NCBI GenBank assembly: GCA_043228905.1
Contig: JBHGNT010000016.1
Location: 15,314,001 to 15,378,000, forward strand
Reading direction: 5' to 3'
Length of the DNA: 64,000 nucleotides
From: Azolla caroliniana
Lineage: Eukaryota > Plantae > Polypodiophyta
Shown here: piece by piece, positions 38,846 through 51,255 of the stretch
Layout of the letters: every line of letters starts with the position of its first letter
How positions within the stretch are numbered: the stretch's first letter is position 1
Made by a program: the position numbers and the translations under genes
Notes under the pieces: generated by a model
What the model was told of the DNA's origin: nothing
Database searches by the model: none
The model's input: only the letters and a program-made list of their open reading frames with translations

Positions 38846-41069
38846 TTAGTCAGCACTTTCACATTTTAGTCCGTAATATCGGCTCAAACGCTGTATTGTC
38901 TTCTCGCTTGTGCAAGCTTGGATTTCATCTAGCTTCTTGAGGTTTTCTTTCACTTTCTCTTCCTGCTCCTGTGCCAGCTTTTCTTCTTCCTTCCTAATCT
39001 CCTGTTGTAATGAAACCAACACATCAAAATCATGAAAATATATAAAAACAGAAAAATGCTCTCTTCCCCAATTGTCAACATAATTGCAATTATTCCCCAA
39101 AACATCTGAATGCAAACTCTAAGCTTTATTAATCCCTCTAAAGTGTTTCAATTACAGAAATTTCCAGTTGACGCTTCAATAACCTCATGTAAATGCACAT
39201 GCCAATACCCATGATCCTCCCCATTGGGAATTTAACCCAAGATCTTTGTGAAGGACACCATATTTAAATCAAGGCCAACATATCTAGATGTATATATTAC
39301 CCGTATCCTGGAAAGCTTCATAAATCCTCCACAAACTACAGATGGTATCCCAACACACACCCTCCTATATCCTACAATAACTTACAGATATGGCGCTAGC
39401 AATATAGTTGCATATATAGCACATGCTTGTATGTCATTTACCTTATTGTAATACAATCACAGTGTACCATCACCGTCCTAATTGATTACATGCATCATCA
39501 CCATTGACAGTATGTATCACCCCATTTCATCCTGGTCTTGGAAACACATTGCTTCTGGTGTCTAATAGATCACAATTTTTGCTTTGGCATGGATAGATCA
39601 CTAACTAGTCCTGTATCTATGTATACACAACAAAATTATCGAAGACTCTATACTACAGTTAAATCTACATTCTCATCAAATTCATGGATGGTTCACTAAT
39701 TAATTTCTTATATATGTATTCACAAGAAAATTATTGAAGACTCTATACTATAGTCACAGACGTACATTTTCATCAAAATCCGTAGCTGATGTAAAACAGC
39801 CAGAACAATTCATAAACCAAAACATTGATGATACAATAAGACAAAGGACTGGAAAAGGTATCTAGATTTATATGAACCTGCATAAGGTATTGCACCTCCG
39901 AAGCATGCCTCTTTGCTAATTGTTTCTGCTCATTATACCTGCTTGAAAAAATAGATGCATTCAATCACTAAATTACAGATTAGATTCTTTTGGTTCTTTT
40001 GATGGTTCAAATATTATAAAAGGTAACAAAACTCCACGTAAATTTCTGGAGCATTAAAATTGTCTGTTAAAGGTTTGATAAATTTATGGCAGTTTTTTTA
40101 TTATCAAAACTCCAGACTACTTGGAAATTGTTTCTGCTGATTATACCTGCTTGAAAAAAAAAGATGCATTCATTCACTAAATTGCAGCTTAGATTTTTTG
40201 TTTCTTTTGATAGTTGAAATATTAAAAAAGGTAACAAAACTCCAAGTATTCAAATTTTCTGTTAAAGGTTTGATAAATTTGTGGAAGTTTTTTTATTATC
40301 AAAACTCCAAGAGTAAGTAGAGCTTCAAATAAATTTCTACAGAATTGCCGTATTTTTCTAATGATTTCGAAGCACACATAGCACATCATATCTGTCTTTG
40401 TCAGGATAACGTCTTAACTTGTACCATTCTTGCACTACTAAATTGAGAATTATCTACCCAAACTCCATACAATTTTGTGGTATTTTCCTTGCCTTCAAAA
40501 CCAAGTCTCGTCCAAATACCAAACTAAAACAAATAATCCTATCCAGGGTGAGCCCCCAGTCCATGTGTCCAAGATTACCTGTCCCAGTCAGGATCGCCTT
40601 TCTTGACCCATTTGAAAATCTTAGTACTCCCATTACTACTACTAGCTATCTTCCGGGGCCGATCGGGGAACATAGTTGAAGAAGCAGGCACAGCTCGGAC
40701 GGGCCGAGGCACTCCTTTAAGCATGAAAGGATGTTCTTGGATCTCTTTCACAGCATGAGAAGCCTCACGGGCCGATGCCATCTCTACCAGCACTTTCCTA
40801 GCAGAGAGCTTCGAGTCAAGAGGGTCGGTGATGATATTGACGGATGTGACATTCCCGAATTGGCCGAGGGCAGTCCGGATCATCGGGACTGTGGCTTGGG
40901 GGGTCACATCGTCCAGCATCAGCGATCTCCGCAGCTTCTCGCCGAACAAACGATGCATCTCTTGGTTTGCAAGAGAGGCTGAAGTGGAGGAGGCGGAAGA
41001 GGAGGAGGCTGAAGAAGAGGTGGGGGGAGGCTTCTTCTCTGAGGATGGGACCACGGCCGGAGTTCCCAT
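38846..41069 (-). CDS. AIPP1: RRM protein, AIPP1/EDM3-like; exons 41069-40579, 39938-39878, 39001-38846; predicted 235 aa
   Basis: EKLRRSLMLDDVTPQ..TALGQFG..VLVEM..PFMLKGVPRPVRA..MFPDRP..W...DPDWD, then LAKRHASE and a coiled-coil EEEKLAQEQ tail. Matches recalled Arabidopsis AIPP1 motifs. GT-AG introns are in phase. Confidence 0.85.
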
Positions 41070-41299
41070 TCTCGTCTCCTCCTCTTTCTTCTTCTTCTGC
41101 TTCTGCTTCTGCTTTGGCTTCTTCTGTTGTCTGCTTAATCTGTCTGTCTGTCTATCTGTCTGTCTGCATTCAACTTGATTATGCCCATTTTCATTCACCG
41201 TCTCTTTTTCATTCTCGTTCAGAGGCGCACAGGTAGAGACAGACACACAGACACAGAGATGAAGGCAAGGTAGAGAGGCTTTAGAAACATGTGTTTGTC

Positions 41300-41383
41300 T
41301 ATGTATGTGTGTATGTATGTATGTATGTATGTGTGTGTATGTATGTATGTATGTATGTATGTGTGTGTGTATGTATGTATGTA

Positions 41384-41420
<37 letters not shown>

Positions 41421-41588
41421 ACGCGCGCTCGCGCTGGGGACAAGTCAGATTAGTTCCTCCGTAACACCTCTTCGGGCCAGCCGTTGATCATGTCGGCCAT
41501 GGCAAGACCGCTTACATGTATGTATGTATGTATGTATGTGTATGTGTGTGTGTGCGCGCGCGCACGCTCGCGCTGGGGACAAGTCAGA

Positions 41589-41634
<46 letters not shown>

Positions 41635-41740
41635 CGCACGCGCTCGTGCTGGGGACAAGTCAAATTAGTTCCTCCGTAACACCTCTTCGAGCCAGCCGTT
41701 GATCATGTCGGCCATGGTAAGACCGCTTACATGTATGTAT
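41300..41740. repeat. (ATGT)n/(GT)n compound microsatellite with two full and one partial ~100-bp inserted unit
   Basis: Unit gctggggacaagtcagattagttcctccgtaacacc...gaccgcttacatg at ~41433 and ~41648; partial copy at ~41572. Confidence 0.9.
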
Positions 41741-41896
41741 GCATGCACCTGCCTCTGTACTACTATACTAAGAAGCCACCCATCGTCGACTAGAACCACT
41801 TCAAAGGCTAGAAGGGTAGGGAGAAGAGTTATGTGGCGCAAGGCCATTGTGCATGCTGAGCCTCAACATGTTCCCTTTACTTTCAACTCTCTCGGG

Positions 41897-42578
41897 TTTT
41901 TTATTTTAAAGAATATATCCTGTCATTAGTGTAAACATTTTACAAGATTTTTAAAATCTATGTGATTGGCGAGGGAAACACCATTTCGAAGGCTGAAAAT
42001 GCCAATAAGGAGTACCATAATCAAATGTCATGAATGGAGTAGTTGTCCAGATGATAATAAACTCATGCCGTTGAGCAATTTTAGCATCAGAATCTCCAGC
42101 TATACCATCCTATTGTCCCTTCAAAGTATGAACTATGTCTAACCAAATATTTGAAACCAATTCAACCACTGATGTTTTAAGTTAATGGAAAATGAAAGAG
42201 CATCGAGCCTTCTAGATGTGATATATAGTGGTGCTACTCATATCTCCCATACTGGTTGGACTTCCTTCCGTATTCCTGAAAAATGTAATGACATCAATAG
42301 TAACGTATGAACACTTCCAAATTTGGTGTAAAATCCATGGTCCATAGATTCGGTGTCATAAATGAAACACAACACGGACAAGTGATGTCCAAACCACCAT
42401 GCCCCAAGTGAAAACCAATGGGGGAAAATAGTTAGCAAAAATTCTAAGGATACATTGCCATATCAGTTGAGACTCAATGCATTCCCATAAACAATGTTTT
42501 TGAGTTTCCGTTTGTAAATGGCATCGAGCACAACCAGAAGATACTCCCATTCTATGCAACCATGTGCCAATTGGCAAG
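41897..42578 (-). mobile_element. L1 LINE 3' end (zf-RVT and A-rich tail)
   Basis: LPIGTWL..CARC..ETQKHCLWEC. Continues the ORF2 at 51264 once the MITE is removed. Confidence 0.85.
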
Positions 42579-45500
42579 TAGCAATGAGCACGGTTTCGGC
42601 TCAAACCGAACCAAACCGTTAAGCCATGGCTTAACGATTTATTGGTTCAAAGATAAATAAACCGTTTGGTTTGGTTTCAAATATTATGATCCAGTTTGGT
42701 TTCGGTTCGGTTCGGTTCTGAATTTTATGGTTTAGCGGTTTAGCGGCTTATGTGGTTTGGTTTAAAGGTTTAAAAGTGTTGAGAGACAAGCTCAACATCG
42801 GCCGGATCGGCTAAAGAAGCCGAGGACCGGATCGGTTGGGACCGATCGGTTAGGCGGTTAGGAAAGATATTCCGTGAGGAATATATTTGGGAGTTAGTGT
42901 AGGAGCTCTTAATGAGCATTGAAGTACTGTCAGTACTTCGGTCAATCCTTCTAGGACTTGTATAAAAGTGTTCATTGAACACACACATATAAGAAATATA
43001 GAGTCGAGTATTGAGATTGTTTTTTGGTGGAATACAGTTCTTGTGTTTTCTCTCTCACTCTCTCTGTCTCTCCCGCGTATACTGCGTAAGCTCAAGCTCT
43101 CCATTAAACTTGAGTCTTTCTTCCTTCTGTTCGGTCTTTATACCTGCTTCTGCTCGTTATTTTTTACATGGTATCAGAGCGCGAGGGTTGAGAACCTCTC
43201 TGCAGCCGACACAGCTTGACGAAGAAGAACGATGGCGAGCTCGCTTCCAACAGAGAAGCTCGACAGAACCAACTACGCGTCTTGGTCCTACAAGATGCAC
43301 CAGTACCTGCTCGGGCACGGCTACTGGACTTATGTCGAAGGAGCTAATGACGCGGCACCCGAATCGACACACAGAGACTTCCCGTCATGGGAGCAATCAG
43401 CGAGCAAGGTATTATACTGCTTCGCATTGTGTGTGGGCAAACAACTATTGAGCTATGTTCGGGATGCAAAGACGCCGAAGGGTGCGTGGGAAAATCTGAA
43501 GAAGATTTTCGCCGCGAGGGCCAGGAAGCTTCAGCTCCGACAGGAGTTGAGCAACCTACGACAACGCGACTTGTCGGTGGCGAACTATACCTCGAAGATC
43601 AAGGATATCTACGACTCCCTCGCCTCCATAGAGGTGAACATCGAGGAGAGCGAGATGGTCCAGATCTGTCTCGGAGGTTTGGCGTCGAAGTTCGGAGCGT
43701 TTCGAACGGCTGTGTGTACCCGGGAGAATACGCCGTCCTTTTTTGACTTACAGTCAATGCTCCTGGTAGAGGAGAACCACGCAGGTGCGTCTATAAGCAC
43801 GCACACCGACAACAGAAATGCTGTACACGGAGGAAGATAGGCCCCGTGGACGTGGAGGACGAGGCGAGTCGGCGCGCAATGGAGGCGGCCGACGAGATCA
43901 AGGAAGAAGGCACCAAAGTGATGCCGACAACAACTCTAGACCCTCCGGAAACAGGGGGAGTCGAAGCGATGAGAACCGGCAAGGGAAGGCCATCGCGGAG
44001 TGCTGGTACTGTGGCAAGAAAGGCCACAAGGAAAGTGAGTGCTGGAAGAAGCGCGCCGATTCGGAGAGAACCGGTTCCGGAAACGGCTCCAGACATACCG
44101 ACAAGGGAAATCGGCAGCGATCGCACTACACCGAAGACTCCGGGAGAGCCGGAGAAGGGTCTGCCTTCGTGACGAGACATGAAGCAAACTCAATGAAACA
44201 GAGCACCCCGAGATCGGACGAGGTGTAGTACATAGACTCTGGCGCGTCAAACCACATGACGAGCCATAAGGAGTGGTTCTTGTACCTTGAAAAACCGATA
44301 CAACCTGGAGTAGTCGCAACAAGAGACGACACTCCGTATCCGATCGCGAATGTCGGAGAAGTTCCCCTTAGCCATGTCGGGCAGAAAGGGAAACTCATGA
44401 ACGTGCTGCACATTCCAACAATCACGAAAAACTTGGTCTCGGTCGGACAGATCGTCGACCAAGGGATGGAGGTTCGGTTTACACACCTCGAGTGCTTCAT
44501 TGAGGAAGAAGGCCGTGTGTTTGCGCAAGGGCGCAGAGACGGGAGGATGTTCATCCTCGACTCCACTGACGGCGGCACCGCAATGTTCGCGAAGGGACAA
44601 AAATCCGAGTCAGACATCGACTTGTGGCACAAGCGGATAGGCCACGTCAACCACCAGCGGCTTCAAGATCTGCAATCGAAACAGGTAGTGTTCGGATTGC
44701 CCAAATTTAGTGGCCGAAAGGCACAAATTTGTGAAGCCTGCCAACTCGGGAAGCAACACTGACTTCCTTTCCCCAACGAGCGAAACCGGAGCCGGAACAA
44801 GCTCGACCTTATACACTCCGATGTATGGGGGCCGACACAAAACGTTAGTCTTGGCGTGAGCCAATATTTCGTCTCCTTCATCGATGACCACATGCGGCAC
44901 ACGTGGATCTACCTCATTGAGAGGAAGAGCGAAGTCTTCGACTGCTTTCGGGACCTCAAAGGGTTCGTGGAAACGGAAACGGGACGAAAGATCAAGTGCC
45001 TACGGTCGGATGGCGGGAAAGAGTACTTCTTCGGTCAATTCAACGGTTATCTACAACAAATGGGAATTCGGCGCGAATTCAGTTGTAGATACACGCCGGA
45101 GCAGAACGGCGTGGCCGAGAGGAAGAATCAGTCAGTTGTGGAAGTGGCACGGGCAATGCTGGAGGAGAAGAGCTTGCCCAAGTTCTACTGGGCCGAGGCG
45201 GTAAGGACCGTGGTATACATCCAGAACCGGATCGGAGACAAAGTGTCGGCGCACGAGCTATATTTCGGAACGAAGCCGAACTTGCGTCACTTGAGGGTGT
45301 TCGGTAGCATTGCGTATGTGCATATACCGAAGGAGAAAAGGAGGAAGCTGGACGCAAAGGCCGAGAAATGCATCTTGGTTGGTTACTCGGACGAGCAGAA
45401 GGGTTATAAGTGCTATAACCCTCGCACCAAACAAGCGCGTGTCAGCCGCGACGTTGTGTTTGACGAGTCCGTGTCCTGGTACCTGCCCCCGACTCCGAAC

Positions 45501-47758
45501 CCTGCCCCCAATCTGAGCTCTGACGATGACCAGTCCGATGAAGAGTCAGCGAGTAGTGGAGACTCGGCCGTGCATTCCCCGCGCAGGAAGCCGAGGAGAC
45601 GGCTTACACGCAAAGAGAAAGGGAAGAAGAAGGTGTCAGATTCCGGCACGGATAGGAAAGAGTCAGACCGACGTGAGTCCGACTCCAAGGGAACCGGTGA
45701 CGGGTCCTTAAAAGTGAAGTCCGCGTCGATCGAGAAGGCCTCGACATCGGCTAATGCGAGATTACGCCGATCTACCTGCCAGAAGAATCCTGTTTTGCGG
45801 TTCGGATACAACGAGTACATGGCGCATCATTATGCGTACATGACCCGTGTAATGGAAGTGCGTGAGCTGGAGAGCTACGCAGAAGCGGCTAAAGACGTGA
45901 CTTGGCGTGCCGCGATGGAGGAAGAGATGCACGCATTGGCGAAGAACGAGACCTAGGACCTGGTTGACGCACCAAGAGGGGTAAAACCGATCGGGTGTAG
46001 GTGGGTGTACAAAGTCAAGTACAACACCGATGGCTCCGTCAACCGGTACAAGGCTTGGCTAGTGGCAAAGGGCTAGCGCAGAAACACGGCATCGACTACG
46101 ATGAGACATTTGCGCCGGTCGTGAAAATTACGACCGTCCGTGTTTTGCTCGCAGTAGCCGCAGCCAAGGGGTGGCACCTACATCAAATGGATGTAAAGAA
46201 TGCGTTCCTGCAAGGTGACCTTGAGGAACAAGTGTACATGGTACAACCCCCCGGATTTCACTCCGGAACGAACTCCTTGGCAGTATGCTGACTAAAGAAG
46301 TCCCTTTACGGACTGAAGCAAGCCCCGTGTGCCTGGAACGCGAAGATCATGCAACAACTGCGTCGGATGGGCTTCGTCACGTCAAAATCGGACTCTTCCC
46401 TGTTCATCCGGAAAGGTCGACTCGGACCAGTTAGTATTCTACTATATGTCGATGACTTGGTCATCACCGACGCCGACCTAGGTGAAATCGACCGCGTGAA
46501 GCTCCAGCTTGCGGCATCGTTCGACATGAAGGATCTGGGGGACCTTCATTACTTCCTCGGGATCGAAGTGATCCGTACCCCCGAAGGCATATTGATCAGC
46601 CAACGTCATTACGTGCTGGGTATGCTCTTCAAACTCGGGATGGCCGGCTGTAAGTCCGTCTCGACTCCTCTAGACAGAACCATCAAGCTTCGTCCCGATA
46701 CGGGAGAGGTATGCGACCCGACGAGGTTCCGACAAATTGTCGGAAGCCTCATATACTTGACCATCACCCGACCCGACCTCAGTTATCCGGTCGGGGTGAT
46801 CAGTCAGTTCATGGCGCGACCTACCGAGGAGCACCTTCAGTGTGCGCAACGCGTACTGCGGTACGTAAGTGGCACTAAGGACCGCAGACTGCTATATCAG
46901 ACCAGTGTAGCCGCGCAGTTAGTCGGCTACACCGATGTTGATTGGGCTGGCAACGCCGCCGATCTCCGATCCACGTCTGGATACGCGTTCTCCCTCGGGA
47001 GTGCCGCGATCGCGTGGAGCAGTAAGAAGCAGCCGACATTTGCACTGTCGAGCACCGAAGCTGAGTACCGAGGAGCGGCTGTCGCGACATGAGAAGCCAT
47101 ATGGTTGAAGCGGCTCCTTAAGGACCTGCAAGAGGAGGTGTTAGATCCGATGACGATCTACTGCGACAACCTCAGCAGCATCCAGCTCGCGAAGAACCCC
47201 GTTTTCCATGCACGGACCAAGCACATTGAGGTGCACTACCATTTCGTCTGAGAGCGTGTCCTTTCCGGTGAAGTCGAACTTCAGTACGTGCCGACGGATC
47301 GGCAGATTGCCGACATCTTCACCAAGCCTCTTGGTCTGGACAAGTTGCGGCAATTCTCCGGTGCGCTCGGGTTGCGTCACCTCGACGTGCCAAACTTGAG
47401 GGGGAGAACAGTCCTGAATGACCAAGCAAGGCAGCAGGAAAGGAGCGGAGACCGCGACACCGAGTCGGTTGTCGAGTTCGACTTCGGATCGGTTGAAGAA
47501 GCCGAGGGCAGACCCGCGGAAAAGTCCGGAAGCGGACAGAAGGGGAGCAGCCGAAGGAGAGAGCCGAAGCCAACCACGCATGGGGGAGATGACGCCATCA
47601 AGGGCGAGAAGACCGAAGACGAGTTGGAGACAGCCAACTCGGACGAGAGCGAAAACCGATCGGAGGTAGCCGAGTCGGTTCGGATGTTTGATTCAGACAC
47701 GTTGAATCAACCGAGGCCCAAGCGGAAGAAAAGGCAGCAGAAGAAGTGTCGACACCGC

Positions 47759-50489
47759 TGTTGGGAACTCGACGTTCCTTATGTCCGACGCTCGGCCACA
47801 ACCGAGATTCTTTTCATACACAGAAAAACAGGTAATGAAACGCGACACAAAAGAGGAGAAATGGTACACAGGAGGTATACGTGGAAAGCCCCAAAATAGA
47901 GGAAAAACCACGACAGCCCACAAGCTGCAAACTGTCACTATGCAGAAATATACAACAGTGAGATCACTGAGGCAACGACCTCGTGCTCTCAGATCTTCGC
48001 CACAGGCGGCGGTTACAACAGAGGCAACGACCTCGTCTCTCTCTCTCTCTCTCTGTCTCTCTGTACAGTTACGCGCTCTGATTTCTTCTTGCACCAACAA
48101 GGAAGAATAACCACAAAAAAAAACGACAACAACTACCCCGCTAAAAGTTTGCCCTAAGTCATATTTATACTAATATGACTTTTCGGCTATTTACAAATGT
48201 AGCCTCGATGGGCTCCATCCGGCTCTCCGCAGTCGGGTACTCCCCATTTGGTTCATACCGGGCCTACACCATCCGACTCTCCGCAGTCGGGTACTCCCCA
48301 TCCGGCTCTCCGCAGTCGGGTACTCCCCATCTGGTTCATACTGGGCCTACACCATCCGACTCTCCGCAGTCGGGTACTCCCCATCCGGCTCTCCTGTGAC
48401 AGCCATAATTGCTTCACTGACCGGTCCCGAATGATGTGCATCCCCAACATCTGTCTTGCCGGACCCAAGTCCTTCATTGAGAAGGTCCGGTTGAGAGCCT
48501 TCTTCAGCATCCGTATTTTTCCTTGGTCTCGTCCGACGATCAACATGTCATCCACGTACAGGAGGAGTATCAGGAAGTCCCCTCCTTCGAACTTCTTCAC
48601 AAACACGCAGTGATCGGCCTGCGTCTTGTGGTGCCCTTGATCGGTCATGAAGGAGTCGAACTTCCGATACCATTGCCGGGGAGCCTGCTTCAGTCCGTAT
48701 AGGCTCTTCTTCAACCGGCATACCAGGTGCTCCTTCCCTTTCTCCACAAATCCTTCCGGTTGCTGCATGTAGATCTCCTCTTCGAGGTCGCCGTGAAGGA
48801 ATGCCGTCTTCACGTCCAGCTGCTCTACCTCGAGATCCATGCTTGCTGCTATACTCGCTTCTTCAAAGCTTTCCGGCTCCCCCTCATCGGTCAGCAGGAC
48901 ATGCTCTGCATCCGGAAATCTCCGGGGCGCCCTTCTCTCTCTGAGAGGATATCTACGTCTTAGGGCTTCGGTAATCGGTTCCTCCATTTTCTCTTCATCC
49001 GAATCCGATTCGGGGTCTTGACCGGTTCCGGTCTCAGCTTCCTCTACTTCTTCTTCTGCCGGTTCGGTATCCTCACCGTAACCGGCTGGTTCCTCGAGTG
49101 CTAACCGGTCTCTTGCCGGTTGGGTCTGCTCATTGTAGAGTCTATCCTTAACGGTCGACTCGGAGTTCATTATCTTCTTCTCCGACTCCCAGTCGGCGAG
49201 CGTCTTGTCCTCCATGAAGATAATATCTCGACTCCGGAATACCTTCTTGTCGACCGGGTCCCACACTCGGTAGCCGAACTCATCGTCACCGTAACCGAGG
49301 AATATGCATGGCCGGGTCTTTGGATCTAGCTTTCCTCTCCGGTCCTTTGCTACATGCACGTACGCGAGACACCCGAACACCCTCATTCGCTTCTGGAATA
49401 CCGACGCCTGATTGACAACATTTTTGTTCTGGAACATCATGCCGATCTTCTCCCAGAGCTCATGAGCTTTGCTCTCTTCATTGAAGTTGTTGTACAGGCT
49501 CATGTCGATGAAGCACCGTATGTACGCCGTTGTCTTCATGTGCATCACCTCCCATATTGCGGCGTCGATTTTGTCCGGTCTCTTGTCCCTGAACTGAACC
49601 GGCAGCCAGAGGTCTTTAACCAGGAGCATGTCCCTCATCTTCGACTTCCACACTGAATAGTTGGAGCCGGTGAGCTTGAACATGCCGCCAAACGATTCGT
49701 CCATTTTTCTGTGTCGATTTCGCTCTGATACCACTTGTTGGGAACTCGACGTTCCTTATGTCCGACGCTCGGCCACAACCGAGATTCTTTTCATACACAG
49801 AAAAACAGGTAATGAAACGCGACACAAAAGAGGAGAAATGGTACACAGGAGGTATACGTGGAAACCCCAAAATAGAGGAAAAACCACGGCAGCCCACAAG
49901 CTGCAAACTGTCACTATGCAGAAATATACAACAGTGAGATCACTGAGGCAACGACCTCGTGCTCTCAGATCTTCGCCACAGGCGGCGGTTACAACAGAGG
50001 CAACGACCTCGTCTCTCTCTCTCTCTCTCTGTCTCTCTGTACAGTTACGCGCTCTGATTTCTTCTTGCACCAACAAGGAAGAATAACCACAAAAAAAACG
50101 ACAACAACTACCCCGCTAAAAGTTTGCCCTAAGTCATATTTATACTAATATGACTTTTCGGCTATTTACAAATGTAGCCTCGATGGGCTCCATCCGGCTC
50201 TCCGCAGTCGGGTACTCCCCATCCGGCTCTCCGCAGTCGGGTACTCCCCATTTGGTTCATACCGGGCCTACACCATCCGACTCTCCGCAGTCGGGTACTC
50301 CCCATCTGGTTCATACCGGGCCTACACCATCCGACTCTCCGCAGTTGGGTACTCCCCATCCGGCTCTCCGCAGTCGGGTACTCCTCATCCGGTTCATACC
50401 GGGTCGGCCTTGGCCTGTCGGCCTCGGCCGAGTTTGTTCGTCGGCACTGTTCTTCTACCTTCCCATCCAGAGGGACCTGTTTCCCAACA
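47759..50489 (-). mobile_element. Internally deleted copia element (copia-5, family A)
   Basis: TSD ACCGC (47754-47758, 50490-50494). 5' LTR 49736-50489, PBS 49722-49733. 3' LTR 47759-~48393 is fused to RT with no PPT. Confidence 0.95.
48253..49704 (-). CDS. Chimeric in-frame ORF: gag N-terminus, integrase C-terminus/linker, RT core, LTR-repeat tail
   Basis: Stop-free frame from the family gag ATG (MDESFGGMFKL) through FGCLAY and LLYVDD. Expression unknown. Confidence 0.55.
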   Translation of the reverse strand: MDESFGGMFKLTGSNYSVWKSKMRDMLLVKDLWLPVQFRDKRPDKIDAAIWEVMHMKTTAYIRCFIDMSLYNNFNEESKAHELWEKIGMMFQNKNVVNQASVFQKRMRVFGCLAYVHVAKDRRGKLDPKTRPCIFLGYGDDEFGYRVWDPVDKKVFRSRDIIFMEDKTLADWESEKKIMNSESTVKDRLYNEQTQPARDRLALEEPAGYGEDTEPAEEEVEEAETGTGQDPESDSDEEKMEEPITEALRRRYPLRERRAPRRFPDAEHVLLTDEGEPESFEEASIAASMDLEVEQLDVKTAFLHGDLEEEIYMQQPEGFVEKGKEHLVCRLKKSLYGLKQAPRQWYRKFDSFMTDQGHHKTQADHCVFVKKFEGGDFLILLLYVDDMLIVGRDQGKIRMLKKALNRTFSMKDLGPARQMLGMHIIRDRSVKQLWLSQESRMGSTRLRRVGWCRPSMNQMGSTRLRRAGWGVPDCGESDGVGPV

Positions 50490-51255
50490 ACCGCAACAAC
50501 ATAAGAGCTGATAAGGGCCACATGAGCAGACAAGCCGACCGGAAGGGTCGAAGCGCGGGAGTCGAACAGGTCGAGGAGCGCGAGCGAGGCGTGAAGCCAG
50601 GAGGAACCGGAGCTGTGAAGATCCCGAAGAGCCTCAAGTTGAGCTTGAGGGGGAGTGTTGAGAGACAAGCTCAACATCGGCTGGATCGGCTGAAGAAGCC
50701 GAGGACTAGATCGGTTGGGACCGATCGGTTAGGCGGTTAGGAAAGATATTCCGTGAGGAATATATTTGGGAGTTAGTGTAGGAGCTCTTAATGAGCATTG
50801 AAGTACTGTCAGTACTTCGGTCAGTCCTTCTACGACTTGTATAAAAGTGTTCATTGAACACACACATGTAAGAAATATAGAGTCGAGTATTGAGATTGTT
50901 TTTTGGTGGAATACAGTTCTTGTGTTTTCTCTCTCACTCTCTCTGTCTCTCCCGTGTATACTGCGTAAGCTCAAGCTCTCCATTAAACCTGAGTCTTTCT
51001 TCCTTCTGTTCGGTCTTTATACCTGCTTCCGCACGTTATTTTTTACAAAAAGTTTTGAGGGTTTAAAGGTTTAGAGGTTTATCGGTTTATAGGTTTGGTT
51101 TGGTTTTGATTTATGATAAATCGATTTGGTTTGGTTCTAAATTTTTCATGAACGGTTTGGTTTAAATGGCTTCATAAAAATAAAACAGTTTGGTTTGGTT
51201 TGGTTTCAAGACCAAGAAACCGAACTGAACCGAAACCGAACCGCGCCCATTGCTA

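Larger units (their letters stand above)
42777..51047 (+). mobile_element. Full-length Ty1/copia element (copia-4, family B), interrupted by copia-5
   Basis: 392-bp LTRs 42777-43168 and 50656-51047, TSD AAAAG, PBS tggtatcagagc 43169-43180, PPT 50647-50655. gag-pol from 43232 with stops and frameshifts. Confidence 0.97.
42579..51255. mobile_element. hAT-like non-autonomous DNA transposon (MITE, ~400 bp net), split by copia-4
   Basis: TIRs tagcaatgagcacggtt and aaccgcgcccattgcta. Subterminal AAACC(G/A) arrays. Degenerate 8-bp TSD ttggcaag/ccggcaaa, with transition differences only. Confidence 0.8.

Noticed and set aside
41070-41246. N-terminal extension of the AIPP1 ORF
   Set aside because: Non-ATG start running through simple repeats; treated as 5' UTR.
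41433-41520. HDV-like or hammerhead ribozyme in the repeated unit
   Set aside because: gtt-cctccgt-aac resembles P3/L3, but no P1 or P2 pairing was found, and there is no CUGAUGA/GAAA core.
41219-41702. HT/CV-repeat ORFs
   Set aside because: Translations of (CA)n and (ATGT)n microsatellites.
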